DNA from: Octopus bimaculoides
Lineage: Eukaryota
Length of the DNA stretch: 58,437 nucleotides
Direction: 5' to 3'
NCBI RefSeq assembly: GCF_001194135.2
Contig: NC_068981.1
Coordinates: 161,912,429 to 161,970,865 of the forward strand
The notes beneath the pieces were generated by a model, which ran no database searches, was not told where the DNA came from, and was given only the letters and a program-made list of their open reading frames with translations. Of this stretch, positions 36,780-48,599 are shown one piece after another. The translations under genes and the position numbers were made by a program. Every line of letters starts with the position of its first letter. Positions within the stretch are counted from its first letter, which is position 1.

Positions 36780-37200
36780 GGATAGCACTCTCTTCTGGAG
36801 CTTCTTCATCGAACACCTGGCATTGTTGTGGTAAACAGAAGAAAAAAAATGACCTGCCTGATAATCAACATAGCATGTCCTAGTGATAACAGGATCGAAG
36901 AGAAAGAGGAAGAAAAAGCGAACTGTGATGAATTGAGGAATATGCAGGTTATGGGCAATGATAAGTGGACATGATAGCAAGAGTAATCGGCATGCTTGGC
37001 GGTATCAGCACTCAACAATCAATATGGCTCATAAAGATATAAATGTAAAGATAGAACATCTATAAATGTAAAGATAGAACATTGCTTGGAACTGCAAGAG
37101 TTCTCTACAGGGCTGTTGAAGCATGATTAGTAAACAAGTGTCACCTTAGTCTGCTGGATGTCGGCAGCTGACAATTTCCATCATACCCAGCAAAATAATC
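36780..37200 (+). mobile_element. R4/Dong-like RLE C-terminal remnant
   Basis: TLFWSFFIEH, RTPGIVVVNRRKKMTCLIINIACPSDNRIEEKEEEK, VIGMLGGIS and TLLGTARVLYRAVEA* correspond to LWDF..RPDIVV..DIACP.D..KE.EK..VIGALG..LLGTARILRKVL. Confidence 0.78.
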
Positions 37201-37734
37201 TGAGAGTTTACATAACAAAATAGAAACAAAAGCTTGTCAGGTAATCATTTTATCATTATCTTTTGCATGAAAGGTAAAGTCAACATTTGTACTCAAAATT
37301 TGAACTCTGAATATTTAGCCACATGGCTAAATAAACTCAAAGAATATTTTTTCTGTTAATTTACTATTATTTTTATCCATCACCATCTCAGATTTTTTAC
37401 CCATCCACAATTTAAAAACAAAATGAGAAATAAACACCTTCAATAAATAATAACGACATATTTTTGTTTTTCAATTACTTCTAAGTATGTTCACACATTT
37501 TTCTTCATTATTTTCTCTAATTAATAAAAAGAGAACAAAAAATAATGTAAATAAAAGTGTAATCTTGTTTGTTAGATTTTATTTGTGAAAACATCTCATC
37601 TCGTTATTATTCATAATGAAAATAATATTTATAGTTCAATTCATTTCTTTTGTTATGAGATTGTTAACTTTAGTTGTTTTTCTTTTTATAACAATTGCTC
37701 TCATATTTTGTTCATTCCTCCTTTCTCCTCAGCC

Positions 37735-37781
37735 TGCTACTGCCACCATTTGTTACATCTTCATCATCATCATCATCACAT

Positions 37782-37822
<41 letters not shown>

Positions 37823-38030
37823 GCTGCAGCAGCTTCATCACTACCACCATCATTGCTCCACTACTACCACTGCCACAATCATTACTTCTACTGCCGCCGC
37901 CACTACCACCACCATTATCATCATCACCACCACTATCGCTGCCACCCCACCTCTACTACTGTTGTCATCCTCATCCTCTACTCCTCCTCTTCCTCCTCGT
38001 CATGATCATCATCATCATCATCATCAACAA
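37735..38030. repeat. Low-complexity (CAT)/(CAG)/(CAC) trinucleotide region
   Basis: Directly visible. Confidence 0.95.
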
Positions 38031-38119
38031 CACCAACCCATTCTTCCTCTGGCTACCATGCTTTAAGAACATCCTCCTCCACTGTTAATTTGGCTACCTA
38101 TGAAATGAAGACCATCAAT

Positions 38120-38400
38120 TACCTTGAGAAGGAGCCTTCAAAGCATTTGAAAGAATTTATTTTATGGGCGATTTTACTGCTGATTATGCCTGCACATCTG
38201 CTATACAAAATGCCCTTCTTTTCTGTCAGATCAATAAGGTGGCTGGCCACTTTCCTGAAGTTATATACCATGGTTGAATCATTTGCATCAGAGAATTCTA
38301 AGAGTGTTGGTCCCCTCTTCATTTCATGCACTACAACCATAGCCTACATCAACAGAGTAACCATGGTGGTGTTCCTCGACAAGTTAATAATTATATCAGT
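38120..38400 (-). mobile_element. RTE-type APE endonuclease remnant
   Basis: Frameshifted GYGCSA*NEEG / TLLEFSDANDSTMVYNFRKVASHLI resembles RTE GYG.G.RNEEG.RLLEFCDAN.L...NT.FRKPASHLITY. Confidence 0.6.
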
Positions 38401-38679
38401 TGAAATAATGAGGTCACTCTTATCTAATATCAAGGTAGTCTGCAAGAGGATCTCATAGCAACAGTAATTATATTCATTAGTCAATCTTGGTTATGTTGCA
38501 TAGTTAGAAATTACAGTTGCTTTAGTGATACTTATGACTTGTTTGAACTTATTTGTCTCTTACAAACTCTACCTCAGTTAATTTGTTTGTCAATTTCCTT
38601 GTCAATAATATATCTATTTCAACAATTCCAGTGCTGTTAACTACCTAGAAGAATTTGTACCTGTGTTCAAGTGTCTATC

Positions 38680-39040
38680 TGTGTTCAAGTGTGGCCAATG
38701 TCAGTTCCACCTGACTGGCACCTGTGTCGGTGACATGTAAAAGGCACCATCCGAGCATAGCTGATGCCAGTGCCGTCTGATTGACACCGATGCCAGTGGT
38801 GTGTAACAAGCACCATTTGAGCATGGCCAATGCCAGTACCGCCTGACTAGCTCCCATGCCGGTGGCATGTAAAAAGCACCCCTTAAACTTTCAGAGTGGT
38901 TGGCATTAGGAAGGGCATCCAGCTTTAGAAACCTTGCCAGATCATATTAGAGCCTGGTGCAGCCTCCCAGCTTGCCAGTTCTCAGTCAAACCGCCCAACC
39001 CATGCCAGCATGGAAAGCGGACATTAAACAACGATGATGC

Positions 39041-39075
<35 letters not shown>

Positions 39076-39085
39076 TTGATGATGT
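38680..39085 (+). mobile_element. RTE 3' UTR copy with subrepeats and (GAT)n tail
   Basis: aaaagcacc...ggcattaggaagggcatccagc...gcatggaaagcggacattaaacaacgatgatg. Confidence 0.88.
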
Positions 39086-39338
39086 TCCTTGTCCTCTAGG
39101 AGTCTTGTCAGAAATTTCAGGCTAAAATTATTATTTTCTAAATATATATATATATATATATCTTATGTCATAAATTATATATATTGAAATATATCATTTA
39201 ATATATACAATTAAATGTATCTAAAAACCAGGATGCTGGTCTACAAGAAAGCATAAGAAAAATGAGAAGAAAAAGTGAAGCATGGAAAAATAAAGCCTCT
39301 CCTTGCATCTGTTTCACAGGGTCTTCAACTTTCTCTAG

Positions 39339-39617
39339 AAGCATTCTAAGATATAGGTTATTTATTGGTGTAGGAATATTTATCTCTCACTGAATAGAGT
39401 ACTTGTTTTGTTCATCCTACCTATAATGGAACTGTAAACTGTGTAACTTCAAAAACGTGGTTTTGTACTGCAACTTTAATATTCACATTGTTTGGTGTAT
39501 AGCCATGTAAAGCTGAGGCTCTAAGGATTCATACACACTGTCATGGAATTATATCACATGGTCTACTTCATAAAAAATTTACCTACACCAACGAATAACC
39601 TATATCATAGGATGCTT
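39339..39617. mobile_element. Putative MITE with ~36-bp imperfect TIRs
   Basis: aagcattctaagatataggttatttattggtgtagg (39339-39374) vs cctacaccaacgaataacctatatcataggatgctt (39582-39617), 4 mismatches. TSD not clear. Confidence 0.7.
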
Positions 39618-39848
39618 AAAAAAAAAGTGAAAATGCTCACGAGACAGATGAGATGGAAGGCACTGCATTAAAGGTTTAAGTCAAGTAAAACAAGTACTTA
39701 TTGTTTATCCTGTCATGTACAACCTTCTTGTCAAACTAAAATTTGCTTAACTGGAGTCTTTACCAACTCTTTTACTTAATTGAATTAAATTATTAGAAAT
39801 GATTAATTTCTAAATCTCTCAGAGAGACTTAAGCAGTAGTGATTACGA

Positions 39849-40178
39849 TAAAGTAGTTGTATACTGTCAACTTAACGTGACAGTCCCAATAAGGGAATCA
39901 TGCTACTGCTATTTAGCCCTAGGAAGCTGCACCGCTTCCTGTCGGCTAGAGCTAGACAGGCATCTTCAGCCAGCAAGTCATGCTACTCCAGGCTGATGAC
40001 AAGCAAAAACTCAGAAACATGTCCCTGGATGCAGGCTTGTCTCCCCCTCGTAAACATAAGGACACAGGAAATGTGTCAAGGCCGACAGGAAGTGGTGCAG
40101 CTTCCTAGGGCTAAATAGCAGTAGTATGATTCCCTTATTGGGACTGTCAGGTTTAGTTGACAGTATACAACTACTTTA
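39849..40178. mobile_element. MITE with 98-bp TIRs and TA flanks
   Basis: Arms 39849-39946 and 40081-40178 are reverse complements with 4 mismatches; outermost TA on both sides is consistent with a Tc1/mariner-type TSD; 134-bp non-coding spacer. Confidence 0.92.
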
Positions 40179-40624
40179 ATTAAATTGTTATTTTATTGGA
40201 AACATTTGTCATTAATGTTCTGTGTCATTTAATTTATCCTACCTGATATTATTTATATAGTTACAATATAACATATATCAAATTAGTCTTCTGTTGTTAC
40301 CCACCATTTTATTTTTGTCCCCTCAAATTCCAACAAAATTTCCCTCCTTGTCTATTTCAGCTGAAGTTTGTACACCCCACGTCTCAGCATACCAATATTT
40401 CATGAACTATATTTATTGAATACTTAAACAAGTATATAATAAACATTACAGTTTTTAGTTGAAGAGTATTGTTTCATAATAAGGAAGAATAGGATTGTTT
40501 CCATATATTTTAAGAGTCAAATGTTCTTTTATTCTAGTATCATAAATTGAACTTTGCTACAGACTGAAATTTGAAATAAAAAAAATACATACATATACAC
40601 ACAAAAGTACAGTATATATAAGCA

Positions 40625-40644
40625 TGTGTGTGTGTGTGTGTGTA

Positions 40645-40731
<87 letters not shown>
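40625..40731. repeat. (TG)n microsatellite
   Basis: Directly visible. Confidence 0.97.
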
Positions 40732-40735
<4 letters not shown>

Positions 40736-41168
40736 CTAAATAAAACAATACTTTAAAGTAGAATGTTACTTATCCATAAGGATTAGGATTTTGATTAGAT
40801 CTATTTCAGGCTTTCTATTTATTGTTTTTCCTGCATATTGATTGATTTATTTATTTAATTTTTGTTAGACATTTCTTCTTACTGAAACAGGTATTTTCAT
40901 AAGTAGAATTTGAAGGGAAGAAGAAGAAGAAGAAAGAAATAATAAAAATATGAAGCAAGCTGAGATTGCAATCCCATAAATTTTATTATATAAAGATTAT
41001 TTAAGTGTGTGGTCCCAAACACATCTATAGTACAGGAAAAACCTACATCAAGCGGAACTCACCAAGGGTTTCATTAAAGTAATCATTATAAATGCGCATA
41101 CATCCGCTTAAATCAATATTTCTGATTGTCAGAGATAGCAATTTATTTATATTTTTTTCCCTTTATAG

Positions 41169-41249
41169 CTTAGTATTCAATGATTTGAATAGAACATACT
41201 GTGGCTGTCACTTAAAGATTAGCCATGATATACAGTATTTTAGATCTCT
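41169..41249 (+). CDS. Candidate host exon (81 nt, phase 2-2, LVFNDLNRTYCGCHLKISHDIQYFRS)
   Basis: Strong acceptor atttttttccctttatag, consensus donor gtaagt, 3n length, exactly one open frame. No recognised homology. Confidence 0.4.
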
Positions 41250-41825
41250 GTAAGTCAAATTAGAAGTGTTGATGGATGTCAAACGATTCTCTGTGTACGT
41301 GATGTATTGTTTTGCTGTATGCCTGAAGAGAATCAGAACTTATAAAAGAAACACTAAATACTAAAATACGTCATCTCTCACCTGGGTTCATTGAAGACAA
41401 AATATGTCAATACATTCTGAAATGATTGAACATAGTCTCTTTAGACTATCATGATTGATAAAAAAAATTGCTCTTTTATTTATACTTACTGGTTCCATCT
41501 AGCTGACAGGTGAAATAATATCTAATATGCTTTTTTAATGTCTTGGCACTATTATGGAAGAACTACTCAGCCTAGGGATCTAAACTGTGTCTCTTTTAGT
41601 GATTTTTTTGTCATTTTACCATTAGTATTCTAACAATACTTGTCAGAGTTTTAATTCTTTTATTCTATGTGCACAGATGATTTGTAGTTATTTAACCCTT
41701 TAGTATTTAAACAGGTCATATGTGACTCAAATATTCTGCCTGGATCAAATAAATTGAACTGGCCTGATTCAGCCTCTCTCACTTACCCAACAATGTCATT
41801 CTAAAAATAAACAATCACATCATTA

Positions 41826-41995
41826 TAGGCATAGGCATTGGTGTGTAGTAAGAAATTTGCTTCCCAACTACATGGTTCTAGGTTTAGTCCCACTGCATGG
41901 TACCTTGGACAAATGTTTTCTGTTATAGCCATGGGCCAATCAAAGCATTGCGATTGGATTTGGTAGAAGGAAACTGGAAGAAGTCTGTCATGTAT
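41826..41995 (+). mobile_element. CORE-like SINE head, following a piggyBac-like MITE left end (41693-41825)
   Basis: ggcataggcattggtgtgtagtaagaaatttgcttcccaactacatgg...ggtaccttggacaaatg...ggaaactggaagaag. Confidence 0.78.
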
Positions 41996-41997
41996 AT

Positions 41998-42031
41998 ACA
42001 TCATCATCATCATCATCATCATCAGCAGCAG

Positions 42032-42079
<48 letters not shown>

Positions 42080-42430
42080 TTAACGTCCGTTTTCCATGCT
42101 GGCATTGGTTGGATGGTTCGACTGGGGCCTGGGAAGCAAGAAGGTTGCATCAGGCTTCAGTCTGATCTGGCAGTGTTTCTATAGCTGGATGCCCTTCCTA
42201 ACACCAACCACTCTGAGAGTGTAGTGGGTGCTTTTTACATGCCACTAGAACAGGGGCCAGAGGAGGCTGGCAACGACCATGATTGGTTGATGCTTTTTAT
42301 GTGCCACCGGCACAGAAGCTAGTTAAAGTGGCGCTGGCATCAGCCACGTTCAGATGGTGCTTTTTATGTGTCACTGGCACAGGGATCACAACTGCAATTT
42401 TCATTTGATATTGATTTTGATGTACTTGAC
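41998..42430 (-). mobile_element. RTE 3' UTR copy with long (CAT)n tail
   Basis: (CAT)n ttaacgtccgttttccatgctgg...ggatgcccttcctaacaccaaccactc plus subrepeats. Confidence 0.88.
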
Positions 42431-42652
42431 TCATCAATAGGTAAGCTACTATAACTTGGCACAAACTTTCCAGACAACCCGGTATATATATATATATACA
42501 CACACACATATATATATTTATGTACGTGTGTGTGTGTGTAAATTAAGTAGAGTATCAGAATACCACTTGCTAGAGATAGGAGCTAACACTCCCAAACCAC
42601 TTTATTATGACTATTATTATTATTAATAATAATGGTAATATTACCTTATTTA

Positions 42653-42710
<58 letters not shown>

Positions 42711-42767
42711 ATATACATATATATTTATACATATACATGCTATATATATATATATATATATATATAA

Positions 42768-42798
<31 letters not shown>

Positions 42799-42829
42799 AT
42801 GTGTGTGTGTACATGCGTGTGAGCGTGCT

Positions 42830-43250
42830 CATTGCCAGAGCAGCTGTCTGGCTTCCGTGCTAGTGACCCGTAAATAGCACCATTTGAGTGTAATCGTTAG
42901 CAGTGTTGCCTTCTAGCACTTGTGCTGGTGGCACATTAGAAAATCATTTAAGCGAGGTTGTTGCCAGTGCCGCTGGACTGGCTCCCATGCAGATAGCACA
43001 TAAAATACACCATTTCGAGCATGGCCATTGCCAGTACCACCTGGCTGGCCTTCATGCCGGTGGCACATAAAAGCGCCCACTATACTCTCGGAGTGGTTAG
43101 CGTTAGGAAGGGCATCCAGCAGTAGAAACTTAGCCAAATCAGATTGGAGCCTGGTGCAGCCTTCTGGCTTGCCAGTCCTCAGTCAAATCGTCCAACCCAT
43201 GCTAGCATGGAAAGCGGACGTTAAACGATGAGGATGATGATGATGATGTT
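42830..43250 (+). mobile_element. RTE 3' UTR copy
   Basis: attgccagagcagctgtctggc...gcgttaggaagggcatccagc...gcatggaaagcggacgttaaacgatgaggatgatg. Confidence 0.9.
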
Positions 43251-44075
43251 AGGGGTGATGTGGTCGCAGAAATGGTCTGACAGTCATGACTGGGTTCTCC
43301 TGCTTGTGTGACATGGTGCAGAGTCCTGTTGCCAGACATAGGGTCTTCCAGCTGCCATCCTCTTGACCCAGGGCAGCACTACCTCCTCCAAGCATTTGAT
43401 GTAGACCTCCATGCTGAGGGTGAGGCCATGTGGGAAGATGAATGGAGGCATAATGTTGCCATCACTAGTGATCACTCCAAATACTAGGATGTTGACTGGA
43501 TGTTTGATTTTTATGCCTCTCAGTACATGTTTTAGGGACACAGCAAGCCAGCAGTTTTTCTATGTTCACCTGGCAGAAATTTTTCTCATCTGAGAAAAAC
43601 CAAGGCATGTTCAGTTGGAGGGGATGCTTGAGTTTGTTCAAAAGCTTTGTAGTGTGGTCTTTCCTGTTGCCCTTGATGGCTTGGGATAAAAATTGGCCCT
43701 TTCTCATCCTGTATGAGGAATGCTGAATGTCTTCATGCACTACCTGCCTAAGTTTTCCAAGTTTTCCAAGCTGCTATACATTCATAATCACCATTAGATG
43801 CATCCAACTCTTTCCGAATCCTCTACACTGTCCTCAGATTGACACCCAAACACTCTGAAATGTTCGTAATGGAGTTTCCAGTGCAAATACCAAGCAGTAT
43901 AGCATGTCGTTTCCAAATTTCTGACAGAGTAAATTGTGTCATGATGCTGTTTTTCTCATTGACGGTGCTCCACTGACCCTATTATACCGTGTAGTCAACA
44001 AAATCAAAAACAAACAATGTACATGTGCAAAATTAAAAATATAAAATGGTGACAATTATTTACTCATCACACTCT
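43250..44075 (-). mobile_element. maT/DD37D-like (Bmmar1-type) transposon remnant, 3' truncated
   Basis: WFFSDEKNFCQ; KHPVNILVFGVITSDGNIMPPFIF...YIKCLEEVVLPWV...YVWQQDSAPCHTSRRTQS. The third catalytic residue is missing, so the D-D spacing could not be counted. Confidence 0.85.
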
Positions 44076-44104
44076 GTATAAATATATGTATATATATATA
44101 AATA

Positions 44105-44310
44105 TATATACTCTTTTACTCTTTTATTTGTTTCGGTCATGCTGGAGAACCACTTTTAGTTGAGCAAATCGACCCCAGGACATATTCTTTGTAAGCTTAG
44201 TATTTATTCTATTGATTTCTTTTGCCGAACCGCTAAGTTATGGGGTCGTAAACACACCAGCATCGGTTGTCAAGCAATGTTGTGGAGACAAACACAGACA
44301 CACAAACACA
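44105..44310 (-). mobile_element. CORE-like SINE 3' half
   Basis: ctcttttactc...gagcaaatcgaccccagga...ccgctaagttatggggtcgtaaacacaccagc. Confidence 0.8.
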
Positions 44311-45029
44311 CACGTACCTATATATATATATATATATATATNNNNNNNNNNNNNNNNNNNNNNNNNNNNNNNNNNNNNNNNNNNNNNNNNNNNNNNNNNN
44401 NNNNNNNNNNNNNNNNNNNNNNNNNNNNNNNNNNNNNNNNNNNNNNNNNNNNNNNNNNNNNNNNNNNNNNNNNNNNNNNNNNNNNNNNNNNNNNNNNNNN
44501 NNNNNNNNNNNNNNNNNNNNNNNNNNNNNNNNNNNNNNNNNNNNNNNNNNNNNNNNNNNNNNNNNNNNNNNNNNNNNNNNNNNNNNNNNNNNNNNNNNNN
44601 NNNNNNNNNNNNNNNNNNNNNNNNNNNNNNNNNNNNNNNNNNNNNNNNNNNNNNNNNNNNNNNNNNNNNNNNNNNNNNNNNNNNNNNNNNNNNNNNNNNN
44701 NNNNNNNNNNNNNNNNNNNNNNNNNNNNNNNNNNNNNNNNNNNNNNNNNNNNNNNNNNNNNNNNNNNNNNNNNNNNNNNNNNNNNNNNNNNTATATATAT
44801 GCATGTATGTACATACATACTGTATATATACGTATGTGTGTATGTGTGTGTGGATACTTACATCCACTTGCGCTTTGCAGACACATACACACATATACAT
44901 ACAATGTCATATCAACTCCCACACATGGTTAATCTGTCAATCTTTGGTCTTGTGTTTCCACGGACAAGAAAGATTTCAAGAATATGGCCAGGAAATATAT
45001 TTATGAAAGAATCATACTTTTTCTACTGC

Positions 45030-45311
45030 TGCTCTGCTGCCATTGCTGCTAATTGCTAATGCTGCTCCTGCTATTGCTGCTAACTGCCAATGCTGCTGCT
45101 AATTGCCAATACTGCTGCTGCTGATGATGATGAGGCTAGCAATGCTGTCACTTGAGTTTCATTGATTACTTGGAACTGGCTGCAAAATGTTGTGGTTTTT
45201 GTTCTCTTCCTCAACAACATGACCTTTCACTTCCCGTGAACGACAACTACAACAACTACCACAACAACAACAACAACAACACCAACAATGATGAGCACTA
45301 AAGACACATTG

Positions 45312-45352
<41 letters not shown>

Positions 45353-46270
45353 GTCACCACCATCGTTGTTTATTGTTGTTGTCGTTGTCATTGTCAGCAG
45401 CAGCAGCTGTAGCAGCATCATCAACACCAGCAGCTCCATCATCATCATCATCATCTCTACCACCAACACCAATACCAAGACCATCACTACCACTGCCACC
45501 ACCACCACCACCACCACCACCACCACCATTATCACCATTAACAAAAATGCCACTAATAACCTCCTNNNNNNNNNNNNNNNNNNNNNNNNNNNNNNNNNNN
45601 NNNNNNNNNNNNNNNNNNNNNNNNNNNNNNNNNNNNNNNNNNNNNNNNNNNNNNNNNNNNNNNNNNNNNNNNNNNNNNNNNNNNNNNNNNNNNNNNNNNN
45701 NNNNNNNNNNNNNNNNNNNNNNNNNNNNNNNNNNNNNNNNNNNNNNNNNNNNNNNNNNNNNNNNNNNNNNNNNNNNNNNNNNNNNNNNNNNNNNNNNNNN
45801 NNNNNNNNNNNNNNNNNNNNNNNNNNNNNNNNNNNNNNNNNNNNNNNNNNNNNNNNNNNNNNNNNNNNNNNNNNNNNNNNNNNNNNNNNNNNNNNNNNNN
45901 NNNNNNNNNNNNNNNNNNNNNNNNNNNNNNNNNNNNNNNNNNNNNNNNNNNNNNNNNNNNNNNNNNNNNNNNNNNNNNNNNNNNNNNNNNNNNNNNNNNN
46001 NNNNNNNNNNNNNNNNNNNNNNNNNNNNNNNNNNNNNNNNNNNNNNNNNNNNNNNNNNNNNNNNNNNNNNNNNNNNNNNNNNNNNNNNNNNNNNNNNNNN
46101 NNCACCACCACCACCACCATCACCACCACCACCACCACCACCAACAACAACAACACTAACATCTAACATCCTCCCAGCAACACCACTAACATTCTTCCCT
46201 CTCCTTCCTCTATCTCATCATGATCATGATCATGATGATCATCATCATCGTAATGAGCACAAACAAGAAT
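45030..46270. repeat. Low-complexity trinucleotide region spanning a gap
   Basis: (GCT)n, (CAA)n, (CAT)n, (CAC)n blocks. Confidence 0.93.
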
Positions 46271-46609
46271 GGAACCTCTACCTGATCATCCAGCCTGCTA
46301 GAAACAGTAGGCAAATCTTCTTCGAATCGCATCCATCCCTACTACCACCTTATCAAAGTTCACATCGGATAACGGATAACGTAATCTCAAGTTCCCTGTT
46401 CTCAGGCAAATGATAGGATTGTCATGATTAGAATGCTTTTAATCATAGATCTGCTTGATTAAAGCTGACCCGGAGCTACACAGCTACTGCAGCAACAACA
46501 ACAGCAACAACAACAACAACAATGACAACAACAACAACAGCAGCAGCTGCAACAACATAGCAACCTGTGAAACGATGGAAGAACTATTCGTTCACGCATT
46601 TATGATTAT

Positions 46610-46810
46610 TGATTGCAGCCATGTTGTGGTGGTATTTCGTCTGTCTTTATGTTCTGAGTTCAAATCCCGCCGAAGTTAACTTTGCCTTTCATCCTTTCAG
46701 GGTGGATAAATTAAGTACCAGTTGCGTACTGGGGTCGGACTAATCGACTGGCCCCCCCCCCTCCCCCAAATATTTTGGGCCTTGTGCCTAGAGTAGAAAA
46801 GAATATTAAT
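46610..46810 (+). mobile_element. Nin/Deu-like SINE
   Basis: gagttcaaatcccgccgaagttaactttgcctttcatcctttcagggtggataaattaagtaccag...ggccttgtgcctagagtagaaaagaatatt. Confidence 0.82.
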
Positions 46811-46939
46811 TCTATCAGTCTTATTCTGATGAACTGCTAAGTTTCAAGGATATAAACAAATAAACACTTGTGGTCAAATGTTAACAAACACAAAAACATA
46901 TATATATATATGCATACACAACACACACTGAAAGTCCAT

Positions 46940-47320
<381 letters not shown>

Positions 47321-47519
47321 AATATAACTGTTTGATAATCATACCTTTTTAAGAGAAATAAGACAAGTGAAATGACTGGAACTAGAAAACAAAAAGTGGA
47401 ATGGATCTTAGAGTCTTGCTTCATCAGGAACTTATTTCTTATGCTTTCAGATGTAAAATGATCTTTATTACTTTTATCAATTGATTTGTCTCTTTGTCTA
47501 TCTGGTTATCTATTAATCC

Positions 47520-47722
47520 TTTCTACTAAAGGCACAAGGCCTGAAATTTTAGTCGAGTACTTCAACTCCAGTGTTTCACTGATACTTAATTTATTGACTC
47601 TGAAAGGATGAAAGGCAAAGTCAACCTTGGTGGAATTTGAACACAGCATGTAGCAATGAGTGAAATATCGCTAAGTATTTCGTCCAGCGGGCTGACGATT
47701 CTGCCAGCCTGCCGCCTTCTGG
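47520..47722 (-). mobile_element. Nin/Deu-like SINE
   Basis: gaaaggatgaaaggcaaagtcaaccttggtggaatttgaac...cgattctgccagcctgccgcct. Confidence 0.8.
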
Positions 47723-48059
47723 CTATCTATTAATAATAGATCTATTACATTCTATTTCATTATGTTGGATTTAATTATATTTATTTACCTAGATGCCAAT
47801 TTACCTATATACATACATACAAACATACATATATGTGAGTGAGTGTGTAGGAAGAAGGATAGGGTTAGGAACTAATTTGTGGTGAGGCAGTAAAATAAGG
47901 CTGTTCTGATAAGATTATCATTTTATGGTTGGTTAATTTATTAGGTGTATATCCCTTTAGCATTTAAGCTGGCCATTGCAGCCTATAAAATAGGTAGTAC
48001 CTATTTTATATTCAAGCCAGCCAAACTAGCCTCTTACACTTGATGTACAATGTCATTCT

Positions 48060-48441
48060 GTGGAGGTGCAATGGCCCAGTGGTTAGGGCAGCGGACTCAC
48101 GGTCATAGGATCGCGGTTTCGATTCCCTGACTGGGTGTTGTGAGTGTTTATTGAGCGAAAAACACCTAAAGCTCCACGAGGCTCCGGCAGGGGATGGTGG
48201 TGAACCCTGCTGTACTCTTCCAGCACAACTTTCTCTCACTCTTACTTCCTGTTTCTGTTGTGCCTGTAATTCAAAGGGTCAGCCTTGTCACACTGTGTCA
48301 CACTGAATTTCCCCGAGAACTACGTTACGGGTACACGTGTCTGTGGAGTGCTCAGCCACTTGCACATTAATTTCACGAGCAGGCTGTTCTGTTGATCGGA
48401 TTAACTGGAACCCTCGTCGTTGTAAGCAATGGAGTGCCATC
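48060..48441 (+). mobile_element. Full-length tRNA-derived SINE with 13-bp TSD
   Basis: A box tggcccagtgg, B box ggtttcgattccc; acaatgtcattct at 48047-48059 and 48442-48454; flanks resemble the piggyBac-like MITE. Confidence 0.92.
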
Positions 48442-48599
48442 ACAATGTCATTCTAAAAATAAACCATTATATTGAAATCTTATAGCTACAAGGTCCGATT
48501 AATAAGTATCTGGACTGTTGACATAGTAACGAAGCTAAAGCACACAAAGTGAAGCTGCTTGACAATGATTGACTTTGAATTCTGCTGTGTATGTGCACT

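Noticed and set aside
37616-38066. Poly-Q/poly-H ORF resembling a transcription-factor low-complexity region
   Set aside because: Open only because of CAT/CAG/CAC repeats; no flanking domain or splice sites.
38119-38340. Minus-strand ORF ending at AAG|gtaatt as a host exon
   Set aside because: Peptide matches an RTE APE endonuclease across a frameshift.
40360-40430. Strong acceptor tttccctccttgtctatttcag
   Set aside because: All frames stop before a good donor; could be a terminal exon but unsupported.
48060-48135. Functional tRNA gene
   Set aside because: A and B boxes are present but continue into a SINE body with TSDs; no acceptor-stem closure.
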